Assembly (NCBI GenBank): GCA_002269645.1
Contig: NIVC01002136.1
Location: forward strand, 124,001 to 188,000
Direction of reading: 5' to 3'
Origin: Macrostomum lignano
Lineage: Eukaryota
Length of the DNA stretch: 64,000 nucleotides
The translations under genes were made by a program, and so were the position numbers. The notes beneath the pieces were generated by a model, which saw nothing but the letters and a program-made list of their open reading frames with translations, did not search any database and had not been told where the DNA came from. Positions 23,790-36,315 of this stretch are shown piece by piece. Positions within the stretch are counted from its first letter, which is position 1, and each line of letters opens with the position of its first letter.

Positions 23790-24424
23790 CTTCTAATGTA
23801 CATCCTATCCACTTTCCCTGGAGTCGCATAATGTACATCCTATCCACTTTCCCTGGAGTCGCATCTAATGTACATCCTATCCACTTTCCTTGGAGTCGCA
23901 TCTAATGTACATCCTATCCACTTTCCCCTGGAGTCGCATCTAATGTACATCCTATCCACTTTCCCTGGAGTCGCATAATGTACATCCTATCCACTTTCCC
24001 TAGAGTCGCATCTAATGTACATCCTATCCACTTTCCTTGGAGTCGCATCTAATGTACATCCTATCCACTTTTCCTGGAGTCGCATTTAATGTACATCCTA
24101 TCCACTTTCCCTGGAGTCGCATCTAATGTACATCCTATCCACTTTTCCCTAGAGTCGCATTTAATGTACATCCTATCCACTTTTCCCTAGAGTCGCATTT
24201 AATGTACATCCTATCCACTTTTCCCTAGAGTCGCATTTAATGTACATCCTATCCACTTTTCCCTAGAGTCGCATTTTATGTACATCCTATCCACTTTTCC
24301 CTGGAGTCGCATTTAATGTACATCCTATCCACTTTTCCCTAGAGTCGCATTTAATGTACATCCTATCCACTTTTCCCTAGAGTCGCATTTTATGTACATC
24401 CTATCCACTTTCCCTAGAGTCGCA
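23790..24424. repeat. 37-39-bp minisatellite (TAATGTACATCCTATCCACTTTCCCTGGAGTCGCATC), ~17 copies
   Basis: Direct tandem periodicity, with length variation in the T/C runs. Confidence 0.95.
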
Positions 24425-24969
24425 CAAGCGTTTTAATTTAAATCCAGGGTTAGGGTTAGGACAAGGGGTTTAGGGTTATGCTTAGGGCTCAACCATAAAA
24501 TACACATGGGGGAATCGCTGAGTTGTCAAGGCTTGGAGAGTCGCTGAAATGCTGTGGCTCATTGAGGGGTTGCTGAGATGCTAAGGATCAATTTGGAGTT
24601 GTTGGTAGGCCAAGCATCAAAGGGCTAATTAGAGTTAAGCCATGGCTTAAAGGAGCGCCGGGGGGCTTTGGTGCCAGAGCTAACAGGGGATGCTGGTAGC
24701 TTAGGCTAGATAGCTGACTCTTCTTTAGATCATTTTTCTTAAGAAACTAGTAATATTGATGACTGTACAAGTTTAGAAGCTACGAGTAGGTGTAGTTAAT
24801 TTAAATAATTATTTTTCCTTTCTTTGTTGCCTCTCTAACGGGGACGAAGATTGCTAGTTGATCACTTTTAACGTTTCAATTTCAACAACAGGCCTTTGGA
24901 CTTAGGACTGTTTAATGAATGATTTCTACATGGTAAAACATGCTTTGGGCGAACGAACAGCTTCTTTCA

Positions 24970-25228
24970 GGCCTCTTCTCAGAACACTCAGGACACTCAG
25001 GCCTGCCCTCAGAACACTCAAGACATTCACTCATTCAGGCTTCCTCTCTAAACACTTAAAACATTCAGGCCTTCTCTCTGAACACTCAGGAACCCCAGGA
25101 CACTTAGGTCTGCTCTCAGAACACTCAGGACACTCAGGCCTCTTTTCTTAAAACACTCAGGCCTCCTCTCAGAACACCCAGGACACTCGGACCTCCTCTC
25201 AGAACACAGGACTCTCAGGACACTCGGG
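24970..25228. repeat. Degenerate repeat (CTCAGAACACTCAGGACACTCAGGCCT-like)
   Basis: Recurring motif with many substitutions. Confidence 0.7.
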
Positions 25229-25630
25229 CCAAAAAGGTGCGACATAAAAAATTAAATGTTTTGTGAACTGAATTTGCTGACATCTTAAGAGTTGTTGACT
25301 TGTCGAAGAACTTTACTCTCTTTGAAAATAATTTCTTTGTATTGTATGAGTACGTAATATGTTTATGTATTCTTATATTAGGTGTGAGAAATCGGATAGT
25401 GCATACACTGAACCGTTTCTGCTTGGCACGAAAAAAAGCAAATTACATTAAAAGGTAATACAGTACTCTAAATATAGTATCCGACAGCATCTTTGGTTGC
25501 TTTGTATGTCTCTAACCTGAGATTTTCAAACATTAAAAAAGCACTGGGAAGCACTAGTTACACGTAAGTGAAAATGATAGCTCGTAAGGGCTCAATAAAA
25601 CGGTGTCACGCGAGCGTTGCCACCTTCGGT

Positions 25631-26074
25631 TCAAATATCGTACACCGTATTCGCCATGTAGCCGCCGCACGTCTCCTTCTCATTTCCTGGGCATTTCTTG
25701 TCGCACTTCAGCGTTGAGATCTGGCCGTACTTGCCGTACTTGTTGGCGCAGTAGCACTCCGTTCCGTTCTGCAGCCCCATGTGCTTCATGTTGGCCTTCT
25801 TGCACGAGTCTCGGCACAGCACGTGAGTGAGGCTGTCGCTGTGAAACGAGGCCTTTCCCATGTCTCGAGCGTTGACGCTGTCCGCGTAGCAGCCCTTGAA
25901 CTTCGTGGCCGGTCGCTCCTGGGACCTCTTTGATCCAGCGGCTCTACCGGCCGCGAATGTTCCGGTGAAGGCACCGGCGATGACTGGAAGGATCGGAGGA
26001 CAGGCCTGGATCTCCAGACAGACGAGGCTCAGGATGCAAAATAGCGCGGTAAGCAGTCGCTGGTTGACGAGCAT
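25631..26074 (-). CDS. Secreted WSC-domain protein, copy 1 (147 aa, intronless)
   Basis: Signal peptide, then FKGCYAD...C...C...GLQNGTECYCAN...C...CPGN...CGG..ANTVY, the WSC cysteine pattern. Confidence 0.88.
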   Translation of the reverse strand: MLVNQRLLTALFCILSLVCLEIQACPPILPVIAGAFTGTFAAGRAAGSKRSQERPATKFKGCYADSVNARDMGKASFHSDSLTHVLCRDSCKKANMKHMGLQNGTECYCANKYGKYGQISTLKCDKKCPGNEKETCGGYMANTVYDI

Positions 26075-27599
26075 CTTTACAGAGAATGAGCTCAGTTAGA
26101 GTATGCTCTGGCCAAATAGTGAAGAGAAGAGGTGCTTGCGGGTGACTATGTAGCTTTATATCCGATTCAGACTCCTTTGCTAATTCATCGTCTTTGCCTG
26201 TCTTTCAGCTATTTAGAGTTCGCTCTAACCCATAGACATATTTTAGCAGCTTGAAACTAAATAGCACCAACCTTACTTTGAATTTCAGAGCCAGCACCCC
26301 CAGATTGGTGCATGTAGAAGACACAAAATCGCCTGATAACTGTGTACTTAGTTTCAGTCCAAGTTTTGCACGATTTTTTGTACATTGTACATTAATACTG
26401 CAGCAAACATCTTCGCTGATATAATTAGCTCAGAACCGAACCATCATTGACCTCAACGACTTTGAACATTCAGGGCATAAATCTATTTTTTTGTCCAATC
26501 TAGTTACGTAGAAGATAAAGATGAGCATGAAGATTTTCAGTTTAAGTATTGCTTAAATTCAGTCGAATTGTTGTGATGGGTGGCGCTCCGGATTCCTCGT
26601 GCACCAGGTGAATCTCGTGCACATAAACCTTGGTGGACGTTGCATTTATCGTTTTCTCGTCGACTGCTTCGGCCTCTTTCGCTCGTCCTTTAGTGGATGG
26701 GGCGGCTGATTGTTTGCGATGGAGCTGCAACCGTGAAGCTTTGAGACAGACTGGGCCAAGGAACTACAGAGTCAGAGTTGTCTTACGCCTGTCTGCACTT
26801 GCAAGTCAAGGTTGGCACGAGAAGTCTACACGCTCTAATTATTTTAGACCAATGGGGTACTCTCATCGTTTGGCGTCGAAGCATCAAAACGACTCCTTCA
26901 CAATTTTCCGTCGTTGTGATGAATCTATCGGTTTAGTGTTCGCAACCCGTCACTAATTTAACGTGCCAGTAGGTCGTCGCTGTAACGCTGCAGATTCTTG
27001 GAAACGTTGGGAATTAGACCGCCGAAATAGATTACGAAGTAACTTTAGACATGGCAGAAGGATCTGTTGTCTGTGTGTTTCTGTCAGCGAATTTATGCAG
27101 AAAAATTCAGTCTCACTGTCACTTTTTATGTGGAGCACGAAGATGGTCTTCATTTTGACCAGCAGGCCGACACTTGCGCCGTGGCAGGCATTCTTCAGTC
27201 CAGCAGTCACGAGGCCAGCAGGTAGAGTGTCGCGTAGCCAAATACACTGAGCTGCCTGTCGTTCGGCGTCGATCCACGCGTTGCCACCGCAAAACTCAGC
27301 CTTCATCGCTGGAAGGCAATCGACTGCACCCAGTCCAGCAACATAAATGATAGAGCAGGAACTGCGCTACTCCTTGGGCACTCAATAGAATGTCTCTAAG
27401 AAGACTCGGCGTCTTTCCGTGCACCATTCCTAAGCTTATAATAGTTTGTTTGTGAGCATATCGCTGGTGAGTTGTGACTGAGTTGCCGTTACATTGCACT
27501 GGTGAGCTTTGAGCCCAGTTCAAAACTCAATAGGAGCTACATGAAACGCTAGATTTGCTGGATTCGCAGAATTTTCTTTCCTAAGTGAGTTTTATTCAT

Positions 27600-27902
27600 T
27601 AATAATTATTACAAATATTGGCAGATGTGCAACCAACAGCTCATCCGCAGCTACATGTATTGCACAGCGCATCTGAAGGCTGTGTACGGCTGCTCAGCCC
27701 AAGGACTGGAGGGGTCGCCAACACAACCCTGGATTTACCTTAGCTAATGTCGGTACTAGGGTTGTAACCTAGTGGTTAAAGCGTTGAACTCACGATTGAA
27801 TGGTCGGGGGTTCGATCTCGACCCTCTTGGAACAATTATTGTCCTTGAGCAAGACACTTAACTCTGCATTGCTTCAGCTCACCCAGCTATAAAATGAATA
27901 CC
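27600..27902. mobile_element. CORE-type SINE (family A) with halves in opposite orientation
   Basis: 27600-27756 is the reverse complement of the 3' half; 27757-27902 is the forward tRNA head plus CORE ending ATAAAATGAATACC. Confidence 0.75.
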
Positions 27903-28453
27903 AAGATTAAACACGAAGGAAATATGAACACATAACACAGAGAAGCAAGTTGTTTGTCAAAAAATCTTTTTTTAAGTTGCGCCTAACCAAATCTAGATAC
28001 TTGCAACTTGCCCAGCACGCAGAAGCCATGCAGTGTATTAACTTAAAGTAGCAAGTAGAATTATCCTCGACTGACGAGCCGTTACACTCTGAACTTTACT
28101 ACAAAGATAAATGAAACAAAATGTACACGAGAAAAAGTACGAGTATGCTTGCGTTCCTGCAGCCTGATAAAGCAAAAGCTATTATATAGTAAAACTAAAA
28201 CACGAGACGAAAGAAGGACTGGCTCTGACGGAAACGCTACAGCCAGTAGGGCAGTGGCTCCGCGTGCTACAGATGACTCTAATCAATGTACATGTACGGT
28301 TAGTTTTGTTGAACCAATTGTACATTTACATACGTTTTGATCAATGTTAAACACGCGGAGCTCCTAGCAGAGTACAACTGCCTATATGTAGCTTTCAAAT
28401 GAAAAGAGTAGCTGGAATAAAAACGGTGTCACGCGAGCGTTGCCACCTTCGGT

Positions 28454-28897
28454 TCAAACATCGTACACCGTATTCGCCATGTAGCCGCCGCACGTCTCCT
28501 TCTCATTTCCTGGGCAGTTTTTGTCGCACTTCAGCGTAGAGATCTGGCCGTACTTGCCGTACTTGTTGGCGCAGTAGCACTCCGTTCCGTTCTGCAGCCC
28601 CATGTGCTTCATGTTGGCCTTCTTGCACGCGTCTCGGCACAGCACGTGAGTGAGGCTCTCGCTGTGAAACGAGGCCTTTCCCATGTCTCGAGCGTTGACG
28701 CTGTCCGCGTAGCAGCCCTTGAACTTCGTGGCCGGTCGCTCCTGGGACCTCTTTGATCCGACGGCTCTACCGGCCGCGAATATTCCGGTGAAGGCGCCGG
28801 CGATGACTGGAAGGATCGGAGGACAGGCCTGGATCTCCAGACAGACGAGGCTCAGAATGAAAAACAGCGCGGTAAGCAGTCGCTGGTTGACGAGCAT
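28454..28897 (-). CDS. Secreted WSC-domain protein, copy 2 (147 aa, intronless)
   Basis: 7 amino-acid differences from copy 1; same architecture. Confidence 0.88.
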   Translation of the reverse strand: MLVNQRLLTALFFILSLVCLEIQACPPILPVIAGAFTGIFAAGRAVGSKRSQERPATKFKGCYADSVNARDMGKASFHSESLTHVLCRDACKKANMKHMGLQNGTECYCANKYGKYGQISTLKCDKNCPGNEKETCGGYMANTVYDV

Positions 28898-29157
28898 CTT
28901 TACAGAAAAGAATTTTTCTTCTGTGTTGGCACTAGCTTCTTAGAGAGCAGGAGTAACAGATATCTATTTGGATCAGCTTAGAATTCGTTGAAGTCCCTTC
29001 TCTATGGGACGCTAAGGCCATAGACAGATTACAGCTCTCGCCTTACAGAGAGAAACAAAAGTACAAAAGTACAAACGTTTAACTTTTAGAAGAATACGCG
29101 AACAGTAACTTCTATTGACAGTCACACTTACGCGGTATACTATCGCAGATTTACTCT

Positions 29158-29850
<693 letters not shown>

Positions 29851-30639
29851 TACACGAGGCGCAATTGAAACCACCGCATGAGCCAATTTGGTACGTATTG
29901 AGGTGATTACCTTATTCCCAATTCTAGAACTCCTTTTCCAAGAAAGGGAATTTATTTTTTTGAAGCAGAAGGGTAGTTACTGACACGAAATTTATCACGA
30001 AATTTGCTTATTAAAAACAGTTGTTAAGGTGATCGTCAATTTACTTGGTGATCGTTATCCGAAAGATTGCCGATCCAACGGTCTTTATGGGGAGAATTCC
30101 TCTTTACTAGGTAGGCCCGATAGTCTTGGCAAAACACCCATGGGCAAAACACCGCATTGGCGCTTATACGAGTAGTGATCGCCCGATGACATTTGACAGT
30201 TTGGCGCCGCCCTCTGACTACGACCCTGAATACATGTATAAATCTTTGTTTTTCAAATTTAGATCGAAATGCGCAAGCGTTAAGTTTCTCACAGACTATT
30301 TTTAGCTTAGTCAATTCGCAGGTAAATTTTGTCGAGGCTAAAAAATCATGAAGTCACTTTTGTCAAATTCGAAGTTACATGTAAAAGAGTCTACTCTACA
30401 TGTAGCTTTTTATTGCTGCCCATTTTGGGCCTACTACAGTAGTAGACGCATTGAATTTAATCCAAGATACTGAATTTCAGAATTATATACCATATAATTT
30501 AATGTTTGCCAAAGTACTGTAATATGGAACTTTGGTCTATGGTAGCAAAGCGAGGGGGCCGTAGCCCATGGATAAATAATATAACTGGATCGCCAGAAGC
30601 TCGATTTTTTTGGTCCTAGCCAAAAAATTGCACGGCTTT

Positions 30640-30895
30640 GCTCGTGCAATTAACGGCCTTGAGAGCCAACCCCCCAAGGCGCAGTGAAGTGTACATGCCT
30701 AACGATAAAATAAAGTTAGGGCCGCTGTACACTCCTGTGTGAGTGTATGACTGCGTACGTATCCGCGCGCTTGTGTGCCTGCTCAGGGGAGTCGGCGGAA
30801 TGGGCAGTAATTGCCTCTCGCCGGTTGTGTGCCTATGTCGCTTAAAGTGCGCCAGGGTGCACACAACCCCCTGCCTGATCTAATGAAAAAAATGG
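30640..30895 (+). mobile_element. SINE family B, 5'-truncated copy
   Basis: Matches the body of 16900-17150; ends in an A-rich tail. Confidence 0.65.
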
Positions 30896-33029
30896 TAGCA
30901 AAGCAATTAGGCAGGCACTGCAAAGCGTTTAATCAAAGACGACTAAAAAAACTTAATTTTAACTACATGGGCTTACTCTGCTGAGTCTTATGTGTAGCTT
31001 AAACTTGCTCCAAGCCGTCTTGCACTGGCATATTGGCGGTTGAATGAACAGAGGGGGTAGCTCTAGTAGTTTAAACTTAGTTTTTTAGTAGTCCTTGTGT
31101 TTAATTTGGTCGAATCATTAACCAATATTAATCTTTCCTCCATATATGGGTCCAACAAGCATCAATTTTGTCCATTAGCGGCTATCTCGTATAAAACCCA
31201 ATCATGAGTTTTTATAGTTGTCCACGTCAATTATGGGCTGCGGTATAAAAATCTTGCATAAATTAATATGCAAACGCAGTTTTATTTTACATCTTCGTTA
31301 TAATTTATCGAGCTAGTCGGAAAATTGTGTTATGCATGAAAGCATTCAGTTTCCATGAGTAAAAAATAAGGACATACTTCACACGAATTTCAAGTCAATT
31401 ATGGAAAAATATATTCAAGTTTTGAAACGAGTCATTACTTGTCATAATCAATTTGTTCCAGCTAATATAACCTACGGAATGTGCATGAAAGTGCATCATG
31501 GTCGCTTTAATTGCTTCCTTCCCTAGTGTAAACTTAAAAATGCGATGCGACCACATCGCGTTACTCAGAGCGGAAATTCCCATTCGCTTCCACCACTGCA
31601 TCTTCATGAAAAAAGTGAAAAACGCTGGAAACGTACATGCATTGCAGAGCAAGATCAAATTTCTTAGAACTATTCCATGCAGATAAACGACTGGTGAATC
31701 TCCAGCTGCGCTGAAACTGCACTGGTAGTTAAAAAAGCAAACTGGCCAACTTTTTCCTGGTGCATTATATACTAGCAGTAGCTAAACTTTCTTTTTAATT
31801 AATTTACAGAAAGTGGCGATTAAATTAAAACTACCGTACGTACTAGTTTATTCGATATTTGATATTGACTGACAATACATATATACTTATTTTAATCACC
31901 TACTGGATGAATTGCTCTCCATCAAGTTCACACAGTACTTGTTTTATAATTCCTTATTTAAATACTTTTTGTTTCGTTAGCCGTTAAAGTCGTTCAATGG
32001 TTCGAAGAAAAACATTTAGGCGCTTTTTCAAATACTATATTTTACTAAGCTCAAAACTTAAACAACTTATTACTAAATGGTCCCTCGATCTTGAATTATT
32101 TTTAAATACAGGCCAAACAGGCTTTTTGCCTGAGCCAAACTTAATACTAAAAATAACTTACTACTTATTACATTTCGAGCAGACAGGGTTTACGGAGTAA
32201 ACTTGCAAGTTGATCTCCCTTTTGCCAGTAGTAGGCTGGACTCCGGAGTAGGCCCTAGTTGACAAAATAAAAATTTTCCATCAATAGTTAGGTTAGGGTT
32301 AGGCCTCATAATTATTCATGAATCAGTTGCTAGGCTTCAGCTTAGTTTGGGTGCCAGATAAAATGCAGAAATGGATGCAAATACAAAACAGATCTGACTA
32401 GGCTAGGCCTAACCTAATAAGGCCTAGCGGCATAGTTCTAGTTTACTTCGTTATATTATTTCATAATTCTACTTTACTTCGTTATATTAATTTCATGTAT
32501 TTTCTTGCATCTGAACTCTTACCACAACCTTTTGAGCAACTCACTTTTCGAGGCCTATTTCGAGGAGAACATCTGGTGCCGCATGTACCATAACAACCCC
32601 TTCGCCTTTGGCGCCATGCTGTACTGGGACTCTGTTTATTATCCTGTTTAGGACTCGACTTGACCTTGAACCAGAAATTTTGATAGAAAAAAATAATTTA
32701 ACAAAAGGCAAAATAATATAACAAAGTAAACTAGAACTATGCCAGCCTAGCAGTAGGCCTAGGCCAGTAGAGCGATAATAACTAGCTTACAAAATTCATA
32801 TACAAAAAGCTAAGGTGTATGTACTTAAGTAAAAATATTTTTTGATTGTACTCTCATGCTTCTAGTTCTAACATAATGTACTTACATAATATCTAACATA
32901 ATATATCTAGATATTAATTTTTATTATTATATATACCAGCATTGTATTTAGTCTTAATATTTTATGGTAGACAAAAATCAAAATGATTATATCATATTTT
33001 TGTATACAAAAGAATGGCAAATGAACGGG

Positions 33030-33810
33030 CACATGCTTGGGTGCAACCTTGGGATTCACTTGGCCATTTCTATTGGCAACACACACATGTAAGTCGCTAT
33101 TGGCTGAGAGTAGTCATGTTCTGGTATGTAGGTGTCTTTTGGTTTTCCCCACGTAGGAGACGCTCTGGTCAACAGAGCAGTTGAATTGATAGACGACACC
33201 AGCACGCAGAGCACGGGGAACACACGACTTTAACCGGCCAACGAAATCACCGACTTTGGCAGTCCGAAAAACAACTATGATGTTGCAGTTAAGCGATTGG
33301 TGAAACAGTTTCTTGATTTTGCTTTTGAAGTGAAGAGAAGGATGTCCAAAGAAAGGAAGGACAAGAATGGGGTCTTTGTGGTCATTTTTGGCGATTTGCT
33401 GTTTGGTAACCTTTTCAGAGATGAACTTGTGAGTGATGCTATAGAAAAAATCTTGCGGATAGCCGTTTTGACGAAACAGTTTGGAGAGAGATCTTAATTC
33501 CTGGTCAAAGTTGGCCCAGGTGTTACAGACATTCTTTCCGCCCCCGGACTTCACTCTGCTGTACGGACTAACTCATGTGTTCTCCAATATCGATTTGTTC
33601 AATAATTTTTCCAATTTTTCTTGTTTACCTATAACCAACTTCACATATTTATTCGCAAAACCTGTTTAATTTCGTTGTTGAGAAAAAATAAACCTGAAGA
33701 TGCACCTAGGAGTGCGAAACGCGTCGTTACTCACACAATGTTGATTTTCGGATTCATTTTCCTTTTACTAGCCAAGCGAGCTACACTACCCGATTTCACT
33801 TAGAATAATA
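33030..33810. mobile_element. Penelope-like element fragment: RT-thumb/GIY-YIG region on -, abutted by an oppositely oriented 3' end/pseudo-LTR on +
   Basis: ORF 33114-33554(-): FDQELRSLSKLFRQNGYP and GVVYQFNCSVDQSVSYVGKTKRHLHTR; the + strand from ~33560 carries a hammerhead motif. Confidence 0.85.
33689..33730 (+). ncRNA. Minimal type I hammerhead ribozyme (Penelope-type)
   Basis: AAC-CTGAAGA-T-GCAC(ctagga)GTGC-GAAA-CGCG-TC-GTT: core CUGANGA 33694-33700, stem II 33702-05/33712-15, GAAA 33716-19, palindromic ACGCGT helix III, UC cleavage site 33724-25, stem I AAC/GTT. Confidence 0.8.
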
Positions 33811-35501
33811 AAGTATAATATTTTTTCAGACTAGTTGCTTAAGTTTTATATCATATTGTGCTCTCATTCTTAAAAAATAGAGATTTAAATATGCGTAAAT
33901 TAAATATTTTAATCATGTTTTTTTAAATTAAGCTCTAATCCTAATTTGATTAGGTCTAGATAAAATTAATAAACCAAGGTCTTAAAACAGGGTCAATAAT
34001 GCTAGTAGCATTTAAATACAAAAAGACAAAATAGATTTAGACCTATTTTTCTTTTTTTAATTTGCTTTTAAATAAAATAATTGATGCAGGGCTTGCTTCT
34101 GTCCTTATAAATAGTTCTACAATGCCACCAAAGTTGTAACAGGGATTAATTCTTCTTACTGATCTTACTGGTTATTACTGGTAGTGCATGTACTTTTATT
34201 GGTAGCGTATATACTTCTATTGTACTTTCTGGCCTGAGCAGTCTTTTAGGCACTGTCTATCCTATTCCTATACCCTTCTAAAGATATTATTCTATTATTC
34301 TCTCAGTCCTAGGTGTTCCTGGGATCAGAGGGTCACAGCTTACTTGCTGGGTATTCTGCCCTGAGGCGGGTTTCTCAGACTCTGAGTCTGGACTTCTCTA
34401 CCCTGTGGTAGGATTCCTGCCTTCTAAAGGTGATTTCTTAGATTCTAGATCTGAATGTCTTGTTCTCTGAGAATGGACTGAACTCCCAATCTTGGGGCAA
34501 CTCCTATGTCACTATCTACTACTCAAAATAAGTAACACGAGTGATGACAAGCCCAAGGCTGATTTTAAGCTTGATCAATGTTCGAAGCAATGGTACAAGA
34601 CCAACAAACAAGAAAAAGTTATTTATTTTGGCTCTCGGCTGACTCCTTTTTATAGTAATTTTTTTCCTATTATTTAACACAAAGTATTAATACATAGAAT
34701 ATTCAGAATATTCTGCATATAAGAAATATTTTTAATATTCGTGTAGTATGACAACAGTAGTACATTTTTGAAATGCAACTTTTTCTAAGAAATTGTTATA
34801 AAAACTGGAGGCCTATTATATAATTAATAGTATTAATTGGCCTAAACTAAAATTGCTTTACCTAATTGCAAAGCTTTTTATCTTATTTAAAAATGCCTAT
34901 TAAGTATATTGCCCCAATATTGCATTAGCTCTATAAATAATGTTAGCTCCAACTTTAAAATATATTTTACAATATAATATTATAATCACACAAGATATGT
35001 TTTAGTACAATAAAAATAAATACTTATATATCTACACAGATCATTAAGTGGTGCAGCAGCTTGCACCAGGGTTCTTGGTTGCAATTTCAAATGCAACCAA
35101 ATTAATTTCTGGCTTGTATAAGAAATATTGGCATAATATAATGTATTCACACCTATGAAGGCCAGCAATCAAGGCATTGAGAGTGTACATTATTAATTAG
35201 AAAGTCAAGGCTGTTGTGCACCATGCGTGACTGTGTGTACATTTGTATGCTCAGGTTGTTGTGGGGGTCAATGTTGCTAGTGACAGAGGGTATCATTTTG
35301 TGGCATTCATCTACCCAAGTCAAACCTAGTTATAGCATTTTAAATTTAACCAAACATTTAGTCTAGCTTTTAAAAGAGATTTTCTAAGAAATGCAAGCAT
35401 ATAGTTTCAACAGCTTAATTATCGATTGCACACATGGACTCCCATAGTCTTATTATCAATTGCAAGTTGCAACCATGGACTCCTAATTATCAATTGTAGC
35501 C

Positions 35502-35963
35502 ATGGACTCCCATCCTGGCGGTTTCAAACAGGAGATGCCGCCCAAAGGCGGATTTAAACCAATTGATTTCGTTCGCAAGCAGATTAAGCGTCCTTGGCGT
35601 GGTCACCTGCTAATTGCCGGCACCTACCTGTGGACCTACGCCGGCATCACCCTGTGGATCACTCCCCAGCGGCAGAGATATTATTACCAGAAGCAGGAGG
35701 CTCAGGAGGTCCGCATCGCAGCTTGGCCATTTGTCCTGGCCGAGCGGAACCGGTTGTACCTGAAGCACCTCATCAAACTGCGCGACGCTGAGTCTGAGCT
35801 GATGAAGGACGTGCCCGATTGGAAAGTTGGCCACTGGTTCTCCACGCCGATATTTCACAACCCCCGCGGCCTGTGGATTGACCCGCTTCTATACGGCTTC
35901 TACGCTCTCAATTCTAAGAAAGACTACAAGTACAGGCGCTTCTTCCACCATTATTTCGTCTGA
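35502..35963 (+). CDS. NDUFA13: NADH dehydrogenase [ubiquinone] 1 alpha subcomplex subunit 13 (GRIM-19), intronless
   Basis: FKQEMPPKGGFKPID, EVRIAAWPFVLAERNR, ELMKDVPDWKVG motifs. Confidence 0.93.
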   Translation: MDSHPGGFKQEMPPKGGFKPIDFVRKQIKRPWRGHLLIAGTYLWTYAGITLWITPQRQRYYYQKQEAQEVRIAAWPFVLAERNRLYLKHLIKLRDAESELMKDVPDWKVGHWFSTPIFHNPRGLWIDPLLYGFYALNSKKDYKYRRFFHHYFV

Positions 35964-36315
35964 GCTGGCTGGCTTTTGAAAGCGAACTTGGCCGATTGTT
36001 GACCCTCACCTTAGAACTGCACATCTGTAGTAGCACTACTATTAGTAGTTAACTATTCAATTCAGATAGTTACAGGTACTGCTAATGATATATTTATTAT
36101 TAACTAATCTGAAAGCCAGCCTTTGTAGCCGAACACACAGTCTAAATGTAAACTAATTTGGCTATCCAACTTCTTTCTCTCTACTGTTAGTAGTAGGAAA
36201 ACAAAGAGCCCTGGTTTTTGCTAACTAAATATTCGACCGAGATAGAATGTGAAATATACGATTTAAGCTTAAAACTGTATTTGGCCAGAAATCCTTTGTT
36301 TGTTTATTCCATCAG

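Noticed and set aside
24444-24490. Telomere-like TTAGGG repeats (also ~32285-32305)
   Set aside because: Only 2-4 degenerate units; not evidence of a telomere or chromosome fusion
26540-27330. Coding-looking ORFs between the WSC copies
   Set aside because: No recognisable domain and no consistent exon chain; cannot be supported without a homology search
25631-28897. Horizontal transfer of the WSC genes from fungi
   Set aside because: WSC domains are native to animals and being intronless is insufficient evidence; a phylogeny would be needed
31395-31690. Short ORFs possibly from a decayed transposase
   Set aside because: No catalytic motif or TIR identified
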